Of a stretch of DNA of 13,253 nt, positions 7,701-13,253 are shown piece by piece. Positions within the stretch are counted from its first letter, which is position 1, and each line of letters begins with the position of its first letter. Position numbers and translations under genes: made by a program. The DNA is from Chthoniobacteraceae bacterium (lineage in GTDB: Bacteria > Verrucomicrobiota > Verrucomicrobiia > Chthoniobacterales > Chthoniobacteraceae): NCBI GenBank assembly GCA_040081625.1, contig JBEBGD010000133.1:1-13253 (forward strand), read 5' to 3'. The notes beneath the pieces were generated by a model. It made no database searches, was not told the DNA's origin, and saw only the letters and a program-made list of their open reading frames with translations.

Positions 7701-9479
7701 CTCGCCGCCGCCGTAAACGCCCCCGCCGACGATCCGCACTACGCCTTCGCCGCGTGGCGCTCGATCAATGACGTGGCCGACGTGTGGGTGGACGCGGTGC
7801 TCAAGGGCGAGTGGAAGCCGGAGGGGCGCGAGAAGCAGCTCGAATTTGCGCTCAAGTCCATCGAGCCCGCGCTCGCCGGCAAGGTGCTCGCGCAACTCGT
7901 CGCCAGCGGCAAGGCGCCGCTCGACGGAACAGGGCCGTGGTTCGAGCTGATCGGGCTCGCGGGCGGCGCGAAGGAAGTGCGCGCGCTTTTCGATGTCTTC
8001 GCCGCCGGAAAAATCCCCACCGCCGCCGAGGCCCGCGCGCTCAATGCCTTCGTCGATGCTGCGCGCAATCGCAACGTGCGGCCCGAGGGCGAACTGCGGT
8101 TCATGCTCCAATGGCTGCAATCGCCCAATGCCGACGACCCCGCGCGCCGTGCCGCCGGACTGCGCACGCTCGGTCTCTGGAAGGTCACGCATGGCGTGGA
8201 GTTCGTCGCTCCCGCCGCGCGCGCCGCGAAGAATCCGCCCGAGGTCCGCGCCGCTGCCTTCGACGCGCTGCGCTCCTACGGCGACGCCGCCGCGCTGCGC
8301 CATCTCGACGAGATGACGCGCGCCGAATTCCCCCTCGAAACCCGCCGCCGCGCGCTCGTCGCGCTCGCGCAGACCAAGCTCGACGCCGGCGTGGCCAAGG
8401 CGGGCGAAGTGCTCCGCGACATCAAGAACCCCGACGAAGCGGTCGTGACCTGGCGCGGTCTGCTCGCCATCGCCAATGCGCCGAACGTCTTCGCCAACCG
8501 GATGCCGAAGGACTTGCCGCAGCCGATCTACGCCGCCGCTCTGCGCGCCGCGCGCGAGCAGGGTCGCAAGGCCGAGAAGCTCGTCGCCACGCTCACCCCG
8601 CTCGCCGGCGCGACCACCACGGCCGCGCCCGCCGATTACACCGACCTCGCCGCGCAGACGCTCGCCAACGGTGATCCGGTCGCGGGTGAGGAAGTCTATC
8701 GCCGCGCCGGCCTCGCGTGCACCGTCTGCCACAGCATCGGCGGCGCCGGCGGCAAGGTCGGCCCCGAGCTCGGCACCATCGGCGCGAGCGCGCCGCTCGA
8801 TTACATCATCGAGAGCATGCTCGCCCCCGGCGCGAAGGTGAAGGAAGGCTACAACGCCGTGAGCCTCGTGCAAAAGGACGGCAACGTGAGCATGGGCGTG
8901 ATCGTCCGCGAAAGCGCCGCCGACATCATGATCCGGACCGCGACCGGCCAGGAGCAGACGATCGCGAAGGAGCTGGTGAAATCGAAGGACAACCTCGGCT
9001 CGATCATGCCGCTCGGCCTCGTCGAGCAACTCAAGCCGCGCGAGAAGCTGAACCTCTACGCCTTCCTCGCGCAGCTCGGAAAGCAAGGCGTGTATGACGC
9101 CAGCCGCGGCCACATCGCGCGGACGTGGTGGCTTTCGGAGACGAGACCCATGGGTCCCATGAGTCCGATGGCTCTCACGAATGTCGATGGTCGCCTGCCA
9201 CGCGCGCGCCTCGTTGAAAGCCTCGCCATCTTCCCGAACGCGCCCGCCGTCTTCGCCACCGCGAAGCTCACCGTCGCCGCGCCGACCAAGACTCAGCTTC
9301 ACCTCGCCGGCGTGCGCGAAGCGTGGCTCGACGGCAAGCCGCTGGCCGTCGCGAGCGAGCCGTCGCCAAGCGTCGAGCTGAGCGCGGGCGAACACACACT
9401 CGTCGTGAAGCTCGACCCGAAGAGCCTCCCCGAAGTCCTCCGAGTCGAAGCCGCGAACGTGCGCTTCCTGACCGAATAG
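4779..9479 (+). CDS. Exported multidomain PVC-type heme-binding CxxCH protein (SGNH-like domain, sorbosone-dehydrogenase-like beta-propeller, HEAT-like repeats, cytochrome c domain), 1566 aa
   Basis: Signal peptide MNPRAFLILSLFVFFAASRA|AE. SGNH-like blocks RVLLLGDT, RNLSWAGE, VFLGFG and TDNGIH. Propeller motifs WAANP...PTQMNWDALGRLWV, EDTDRDGKAD, FSGFGTEDTHH, GLWNPWG and FRPIDVKLGPDGALYIADW. Cytochrome motifs GDPVAGEEVY..CTVCH (8718-8732), VGPEL and distal SIMP. The start was moved from the track's 4563 to ATG 4779. Confidence 0.9.
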   Translation: MNPRAFLILSLFVFFAASRAAEPFEIKDGDRVLLLGDTLLERENSYGTLELRMHEQFPERKFSVRNLSWAGETPRGISRASFDPPEKGFERLKEQIALVKPTVVFLGFGMAASLQEMTDRAHDWTLNPDPARYGAEPMSAGRFKRELGQLMDAIAEIASKDTAAAQPGGLKEISPGQRPGSPVKSGTRPEGAQERSAAPAGADAKGNGGPRVSPGANVPQPSGLNAGGVRFVLLSPIRHEDLRATRPGLPDPAAHNALLVQYSKAIEELAKERGGRFVDLPNRTNDGQPLTDNGIHRNETGHWLIGMDLMDAFDWKPRNVSPGITAPADAWKEHEGAMKGQDSLRAAILRKNALWFHRTRPANETYLTGFRKHEQGQNAKEIPEFDPLVEAADAEIDRLKRGAKGAQAAPKGPISSPENADSKLESPPVSLTKAPGNLANAPVSLTKAPVSLTKAPVSLTKAPVSLTNAPVSLTKAPVSLTNAPVSLTNAPVILTKAPVSLTNAPVILTKAPVSLTKAPVSLTNAPVSLTNAPGNLPTFDLGENLEITLWAANPLLVKPTQMNWDALGRLWVCGTAHYPQIAPGELEKDQIFILEDTDRDGKADKSTPFAGGMLMPTAIVPDLAFGVGSLAFGVKPAAGAADVRGRDSKSPPVPGAERQTPNAKRQTPNGVRAACYVGASTEILHFADTDGDGVADTKRIVFSGFGTEDTHHNVHTLKWGPYGRLYFNQSVYTHTHLETPYGVVRLNAGGVFAYDPRTERVEVFSKGLWNPWGHVIHRNGQHFLTDGAGRDGISWAFPGAVFAPSEGARQTMGSISPGTYPKFAGLELIHSPHFPDDWQGTAVTCDFRAHRIVRFKINDLGPAKSGYVTADLPEVARTADIAFRPIDVKLGPDGALYIADWTNEVINHGEVDFRDPRRDKQSGRIWRVSYKGRPTVKREPPAIAAPVSDGSPRGRIATMRALARKPTIENASAILAAAVNAPADDPHYAFAAWRSINDVADVWVDAVLKGEWKPEGREKQLEFALKSIEPALAGKVLAQLVASGKAPLDGTGPWFELIGLAGGAKEVRALFDVFAAGKIPTAAEARALNAFVDAARNRNVRPEGELRFMLQWLQSPNADDPARRAAGLRTLGLWKVTHGVEFVAPAARAAKNPPEVRAAAFDALRSYGDAAALRHLDEMTRAEFPLETRRRALVALAQTKLDAGVAKAGEVLRDIKNPDEAVVTWRGLLAIANAPNVFANRMPKDLPQPIYAAALRAAREQGRKAEKLVATLTPLAGATTTAAPADYTDLAAQTLANGDPVAGEEVYRRAGLACTVCHSIGGAGGKVGPELGTIGASAPLDYIIESMLAPGAKVKEGYNAVSLVQKDGNVSMGVIVRESAADIMIRTATGQEQTIAKELVKSKDNLGSIMPLGLVEQLKPREKLNLYAFLAQLGKQGVYDASRGHIARTWWLSETRPMGPMSPMALTNVDGRLPRARLVESLAIFPNAPAVFATAKLTVAAPTKTQLHLAGVREAWLDGKPLAVASEPSPSVELSAGEHTLVVKLDPKSLPEVLRVEAANVRFLTE
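5273..5451. repeat. Multi-hairpin inverted-repeat element inserted in frame in the SGNH-like domain
   Basis: 48-bp arms at 5273-5320 (TCAGCCCGGAGGGCTGAAGGAAATTAGCCCCGGGCAACGCCCGGGGTC) and 5404-5451 are near-perfect reverse complements, with most mismatches in a loop. Sub-hairpins: TCAGCCC-GGA-GGGCTGA, CCCCGGGC-AAC-GCCCGGGG, GCGCCCT-GAA-GGGGCGC and CGCCCC-TGCC-GGGGCG. Confidence 0.88.
6057..6392 (+). repeat. 21-bp tandem array of 16 units, consensus GCTCCCGTCAGCCTGACAAA(G/C), encoding APVSLT(K/N); two further degenerate units at 6015-6056
   Basis: Read directly: 14 (A/P)PV(S/I)LT(K/N) units plus two APGNL variants, in frame between the SGNH-like and propeller domains. Confidence 0.95.
6644..6784. 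repeat. Heptamer-armed inverted-repeat element inserted in frame in the beta-propeller
   Basis: Five TTTGGCG-like units plus TTAAGCCC (6644-6686) pair with GGGCTGAA plus five CGCCAAA-like units (6742-6784), 39/43 complementary. Span is 141 bp (47 codons). It shares the 19-bp AGCCCGCCGCAGGCGCCGC (6682-6700) with 4681-4699. Confidence 0.88.
9144..9170 (+). repeat. Short 9-bp tandem repeat (3 units) in frame, encoding RPMGPMSPM
   Basis: AGACCCATG GGTCCCATG AGTCCGATG; includes the perfect palindrome GACCCATGGGTC (9145-9156). Confidence 0.55.
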
Positions 9480-9485
9480 GCGCGC

Positions 9486-10796
9486 CTACTGGATCGGCAG
9501 CATCAGCTCCACGCGCTTGTCGCCGCGCAGGACGGTCGTCTTCACCTTCTCGCCGGCCTTGTGCCTGGCGATCAGCCAGCCGATCAGCTCGCCCTCGGTC
9601 GCGCGCTTCTTCATCCCGCCGACTTCCACGATCACGTCCTCCTTGAGAAAGCCTGCCTTCTTCGCCGCACCGTGCTTGCCGTATTGGCCCACGCCGGCTG
9701 CGAAGAGCGCGAGATCGTCCGGTGAGAGGCCGCGCTCCTTGCGCATTCCGGGGGGCAGGTCCTCGAGCTTCAGCCCGCCGAGCGCCATCCCGCGCATCCC
9801 CCACGTGCCGACACGCCGAGAGATGTCCGACTTGCTGCGCCAGCCGGCGGGCAGATCGAGCGAGACCGCGCGCTCCGCTCCGCCGCGTTTCACGACTGCC
9901 GCGATCTTTCCGGCATCCGGCGCGCGATGCAGCGCCCAACTCACATCCGCCACCGACACGAGCGGCTGCCCCGCAACCGAGACCAGGTCATCGCCCGCCT
10001 GCACACCCGCCAGCGCCGCGATCGATCCAACCGCGACCGCCTCGACGTGTGCGATCTGCTCCGGCGCGAGCGTGAGCCCGAGCGTCTCCGGCGCCGGCTG
10101 CGGATAGACCCACATCTCCGGGATGGCCTGGCCCTTGTCGCGATACGACGTGCGGATCGCCTCGCCGACCATGTGGCAGTGAACGCAGCTCCCGACGACC
10201 TTGCCTTCCCAGTCGAGGTTCACCTTGTATTTGATCGAGAGGGACGGGATTTCCACCGGCGTCTTGAACGGGATCGCCATTCCTTGTTTGCCCGCGAGCG
10301 CGGCCTTGTTCGCCGGATAATCGCGATGCACCGCGAGCGCGGCCTCGAGCGCGCGCTTGTAGCCATCGACCGTCTTCTCCTTCGGGTCGCGCTGGTGTTT
10401 CCACGAGCCGTAGCGGCCGTAGATGGTGCCGTCGCCGTTGAAGAAAAGCGTCGAGAACGAGAGGTCGTAGTCGAACTGAAAGCGCGCGAGGTCGATCGCG
10501 TTCGCATCGATCAATCGCACGCAGATAAACTGGTCGTGCAGCGGCGCGAGGCTCGCATCTTCGAGCACCGACGCGTCGATGCCCGCGCACGAGAGGCAAG
10601 GCACGCAGCGCAGGGTGACGAGCAGCGGCTTGCCCGTGCGCTTCGCCTCCGCGAAGCCGCGCTCGAAGTCACCGTAGATCCAGCGCGCGTCGTTCTCCAT
10701 CGTCGCGCGATCCTTGCGGACCGCGCCTTCGCGATCCTTGACAGCTTCGGCGAAGGCGATGGCGGTGAGCGTGAGGAGAAGGGCGAGGGCTTTCAT
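9486..10796 (-). CDS. Exported thioredoxin-like/PDZ domain protein (Trx7/PDZ (seleno)protein family, Cys form)
   Basis: Signal peptide MKALALLLTLTAIAFA. WIYGDFERGFAEAKRTGKPLLVTLRCVPCLSC matches a Thioredoxin_7-like start, followed by FQFDYDLSF and DGTIYGRYG. Contains a CVHCH motif and two PDZ-like segments (GSIAALAGVQAGDDLVSVAG; AAKKAGFLKEDVIVEVGG...TVLRG). The start was moved from 10877 to ATG 10796. Confidence 0.8.
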   Translation of the reverse strand: MKALALLLTLTAIAFAEAVKDREGAVRKDRATMENDARWIYGDFERGFAEAKRTGKPLLVTLRCVPCLSCAGIDASVLEDASLAPLHDQFICVRLIDANAIDLARFQFDYDLSFSTLFFNGDGTIYGRYGSWKHQRDPKEKTVDGYKRALEAALAVHRDYPANKAALAGKQGMAIPFKTPVEIPSLSIKYKVNLDWEGKVVGSCVHCHMVGEAIRTSYRDKGQAIPEMWVYPQPAPETLGLTLAPEQIAHVEAVAVGSIAALAGVQAGDDLVSVAGQPLVSVADVSWALHRAPDAGKIAAVVKRGGAERAVSLDLPAGWRSKSDISRRVGTWGMRGMALGGLKLEDLPPGMRKERGLSPDDLALFAAGVGQYGKHGAAKKAGFLKEDVIVEVGGMKKRATEGELIGWLIARHKAGEKVKTTVLRGDKRVELMLPIQ

Positions 10797-10967
10797 GGTG
10801 CAAGGGTTGCGGCACCGGGCTGACCTGCAACTCTCCAAAGAGGCGGGGAGCGGTTGAAACGCCGGTTCTGGTGGCACCCAACGATTAGGCAGGTCCGCAG
10901 CTTGGGTTGCGCGTTGACCTCGCCGATGCGAGTCGGACGCTTGCGACGTTCAGCAAACCAAAACCCC

Positions 10968-10973
10968 GGAGGT
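10968..10973 (+). promoter_or_regulatory. Shine-Dalgarno sequence GGAGGT for the CDS at 10978
   Basis: GGAGGT-CATC-ATG; the spacing is short (4 nt). Confidence 0.55.
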
Positions 10974-10977
10974 CATC

Positions 10978-12528
10978 ATGAACACTTCAAAGACTCGTCG
11001 CCATTTCCTCGCCGACATCGGCAAGGGAACACTCGTCGCCACCATCGGCCCGGCCCTCGCGTCGGAACTCGGACTCGCAACCCCGGCGCTCGCGCTCGAT
11101 TCGCCGGGCACCCTGCAGTTCGGCAAGCTCGAATCGCTCGTCGCGCTCATGCAGGAGACGCCGGTCCCGAAATTGCAGGCGGCGCTCGCGCAGCAATTGA
11201 AGGCGGGCGTGCCGCTCGACCGGCTCATCGCCGCGGGCGTGCTCGCGAATGCGCGAACCTTTGGCGGCGAGGACTACGTCGGCTTTCACACGTTCGCCGC
11301 GCTCGGGCCGGCGCTGCACATGTCGCGCTCGATGCCGGAGAAGCAGCGCGCGCTTCCCGTCTTCAAGGTGCTATATCGAAACACCAATCGCATCCAGGAG
11401 CACGGTGGACGCGGCTCGGAAGTGTTGCATCCCGTCGTGCCGCACGCGGGCACGGTGACGGCGGAGCAGCTCCGCGAAGCCGTGAAGCGCAAGAGTGCGG
11501 ATGAAGCCGAGCGGCTCTTCGCGGCGCTCGCGCGGAACGGCGCGGATGCGGCCTTCGACGCGCTGCTCTACTCGGTGCAGGACAATCCCGAGGTGCATCG
11601 CACGGTCATCCCGTATCGCGCGTGGGGGCTGATCGAGGTCGTCGGGCGCGAGCACGCGGAGACGCTGCTGCGCCAGTCGCTGCGCTACTGCGTGGAGGCC
11701 GAGGGATGGCGTCGCGCGGAGTGGGACGTTCACGGCAAGCTGCTCACGAAGCTGCTCGACGAGCACAAGCTGCTCGGCCGCGAACCGGGCACGCGTGTGG
11801 CGGAAGATGCGTTCGTCGAGAAGTTGAGCGAAGCGATCTTCCGCGGCACGCCCGAGCAGGCCGCGACGGCTGCCGCCGCTGCGCTGGCGGAAGGCTTTGA
11901 TCCGGCGATCGTCGGCGAGGCGATCTCGCTCGCGGCGAATCAACTCGTGCTGCGCGATCTCGGCCGGCCCACGGCTTGGGAATCGCCCGGCAAACCGAGC
12001 GGCAGCGTGCATGGCGATTCCGTCGGAGTGCATGGAAGCGACGCCGCGAACGCATGGCGGAACATGGCGCGCGCGAGCCGCGGGCGGAATGTGTATGCCT
12101 GCCTCATCCTCGGTGCGTGGCAGGTCGCGCGCGATCGTGGCGGGCGCGAGGATCTCGTGAAGTGGGATCCGGTGCCGTCGAAGCGGCAGCTCGCCGACGT
12201 GACCGGCAAGAGCCTCGATCAACTTCTCTCCGAACTCGACGAGGCGATCCGGCAGAGCCTGCAAGGCCGCGCGAGTGCCATCGTGCGCCGCTGTGGCGAC
12301 CTCGGACTACCCGAGCAGCCGGTCTTCGAGAAGCTCCTGCAATTCGCCGTTAGCGAGGACGGCGCGCTGCACGCGGAGAAATATTACCAGACCGTGTGGG
12401 AGGATTTCCACGCGACGCGCCCGGCCTTCCGCTGGCGGCATCTCACGGGTCTCGCGCGGGTCACCGCGAGCGAGTTCGGCCGCCCGGCGCCGGGCCAGGC
12501 GGAAGCTCGCGAGCTGCTGCGCGCATAG
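10978..12528 (+). CDS. Hypothetical protein with a twin-arginine (Tat)-like signal, probably largely helical and His-motif-rich
   Basis: N-terminus TRRHFLADIG...ATPALA, GC3-rich codon usage and an upstream SD. Motifs include GEDYVGFHTF, EVHRTV, GSVHGDSVGVHGSDAANAW and SEDGALHAEKYY. Function not recognised. Confidence 0.8.
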   Translation: MNTSKTRRHFLADIGKGTLVATIGPALASELGLATPALALDSPGTLQFGKLESLVALMQETPVPKLQAALAQQLKAGVPLDRLIAAGVLANARTFGGEDYVGFHTFAALGPALHMSRSMPEKQRALPVFKVLYRNTNRIQEHGGRGSEVLHPVVPHAGTVTAEQLREAVKRKSADEAERLFAALARNGADAAFDALLYSVQDNPEVHRTVIPYRAWGLIEVVGREHAETLLRQSLRYCVEAEGWRRAEWDVHGKLLTKLLDEHKLLGREPGTRVAEDAFVEKLSEAIFRGTPEQAATAAAAALAEGFDPAIVGEAISLAANQLVLRDLGRPTAWESPGKPSGSVHGDSVGVHGSDAANAWRNMARASRGRNVYACLILGAWQVARDRGGREDLVKWDPVPSKRQLADVTGKSLDQLLSELDEAIRQSLQGRASAIVRRCGDLGLPEQPVFEKLLQFAVSEDGALHAEKYYQTVWEDFHATRPAFRWRHLTGLARVTASEFGRPAPGQAEARELLRA

Positions 12529-12557
12529 AGCGGCGCCACGCTGACGCAAAGCCCCGG

Positions 12558-12586
12558 TTGTCGCCGCGCCGCAGCGCGGCTAGCGT
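12558..12586 (+). promoter_or_regulatory. Putative sigma70-type promoter for a near-leaderless transcript of the rhodanese/iscU-like genes
   Basis: TTGTCG (12558-12563), 17-bp spacer, TAGCGT (12581-12586), then 8 nt to ATG 12595 with no SD. Confidence 0.45.
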
Positions 12587-12594
12587 GGCGCTCC

Positions 12595-13131
12595 ATGACC
12601 GCCACCATCGATCCCAACGTCACCATGCGCGAGCTGCTCGCGCAGTATCCCGGCGCGCAGCGTGCGCTCTTCCGCAGCTATCACATCGGCGGCTGCTCGA
12701 GCTGCGGCTTTCAGCCCGAGGAGACGCTCGCCGCGCTCTGCGCGCGCAATGAAAACCTGCCCGTCGCCGAGGTCGCGCAGACGATCCTCAGCGCGCACGA
12801 TTCGGATCAAAAGATGCAGATCTCGCCTGCCGAGGCCGCGGAGTTGTTGAAGGCGGGCAAGGCGAAGATCGTCGATGTCCGTTCGCGCGAGGAGTTCGAC
12901 GCCGTGCGCATCGAGGGCTCCGAGTTTCTCACCCAGGAGCTCATGCACGAACTCGGCTCGTGGCCGCGCGAACAGACCATCATCTTCGTCTGCCATCACG
13001 GCATTCGCAGCCTCGACGCCGCGTCGTATTTCATCGGCCACGGCATCGAGAACGCACGCAGCCTCACCGGCGGCATCGACGCGTGGAGCTGCGAGATCGA
13101 CCCAGCCGTGTCGCGTTACGAACTCGAATGA
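12595..13131 (+). CDS. Rhodanese-like sulfurtransferase with an N-terminal CxxC (DUF1858/ScdA_N-like) domain
   Basis: N-terminal IDPNVTMRELLAQYPGA..ALF..YHIGGCSSC...ETL. C-terminal IVDVRSREEF..RIEGS, active-site loop CHHGIRS, and SLTGGIDAWS.EIDP.V.RY, resembling the MoeB/MoeZ-type rhodanese domain. Confidence 0.88.
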   Translation: MTATIDPNVTMRELLAQYPGAQRALFRSYHIGGCSSCGFQPEETLAALCARNENLPVAEVAQTILSAHDSDQKMQISPAEAAELLKAGKAKIVDVRSREEFDAVRIEGSEFLTQELMHELGSWPREQTIIFVCHHGIRSLDAASYFIGHGIENARSLTGGIDAWSCEIDPAVSRYELE

Positions 13132-13253
13132 GCGACGACCTCCAGCAGCGAATCACCGACGCCATCGCCAGCCCGAAGAACCTCGGCGAGATGGAGAACG
13201 CCGACGCGGTCGGCACGGTCGGCAGCGCCGAGTGCGGCGACATGCTGCGGATG
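13128..13253 (+). CDS. IscU/NifU-like Fe-S cluster scaffold protein, N-terminal part, cut by the right edge
   Basis: Manual translation MSDDLQQRITDAIASPKNLGEMENADAVGTVGSAECGDMLRM contains the PxNxG...GxVGxxxCGD motif of NifU_N/IscU. Its start overlaps the rhodanese stop (ATGA at 13128-13131). Confidence 0.85.
   Translation, partial: MSDDLQQRITDAIASPKNLGEMENADAVGTVGSAECGDMLRM

Noticed and set aside
10587..10607. Selenocysteine recoding in the Trx/PDZ gene
   Set aside because: All Cys codons in the motif are TGC and there is no in-frame TGA.
10797..10877. 27-aa N-terminal extension of the Trx/PDZ ORF
   Set aside because: The signal peptide starts at ATG 10796, and the extension lies in the divergent intergenic region.

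Overview
High-GC bacterial DNA; the gene content suggests Verrucomicrobiota/PVC (inference). Gene order: rhamnulokinase-like sugar kinase (minus strand, cut by the left edge and missed by the ORF track), REC-only response regulator coupled to a REC-HisKA-HATPase-REC hybrid kinase, atypical aldo/keto reductase, a 1566-aa exported SGNH + beta-propeller + HEAT + CxxCH cytochrome c protein (PVC-type heme-binding family), a convergent thioredoxin/PDZ protein, a Tat-signal hypothetical protein, a CxxC-domain/rhodanese fusion, and the start of an IscU/NifU-like scaffold. The most striking signal is at the DNA level: at least four unrelated kinds of palindromic or tandem repeat sit in frame inside protein-coding genes, at what look like loop positions. 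They are a 96-bp GGAG-type REP doublet in the kinase and, in the large cytochrome gene, a ~180-bp multi-hairpin inverted repeat, a 21-bp array with co-varying palindromic cores and a 141-bp heptamer-armed inverted repeat. The heptamer element has an intergenic sibling with an identical 19-bp core. This resembles Rickettsia palindromic elements but involves several repeat families. No transposase is present in the window. Family assignments come from recalled motifs, not database searches.
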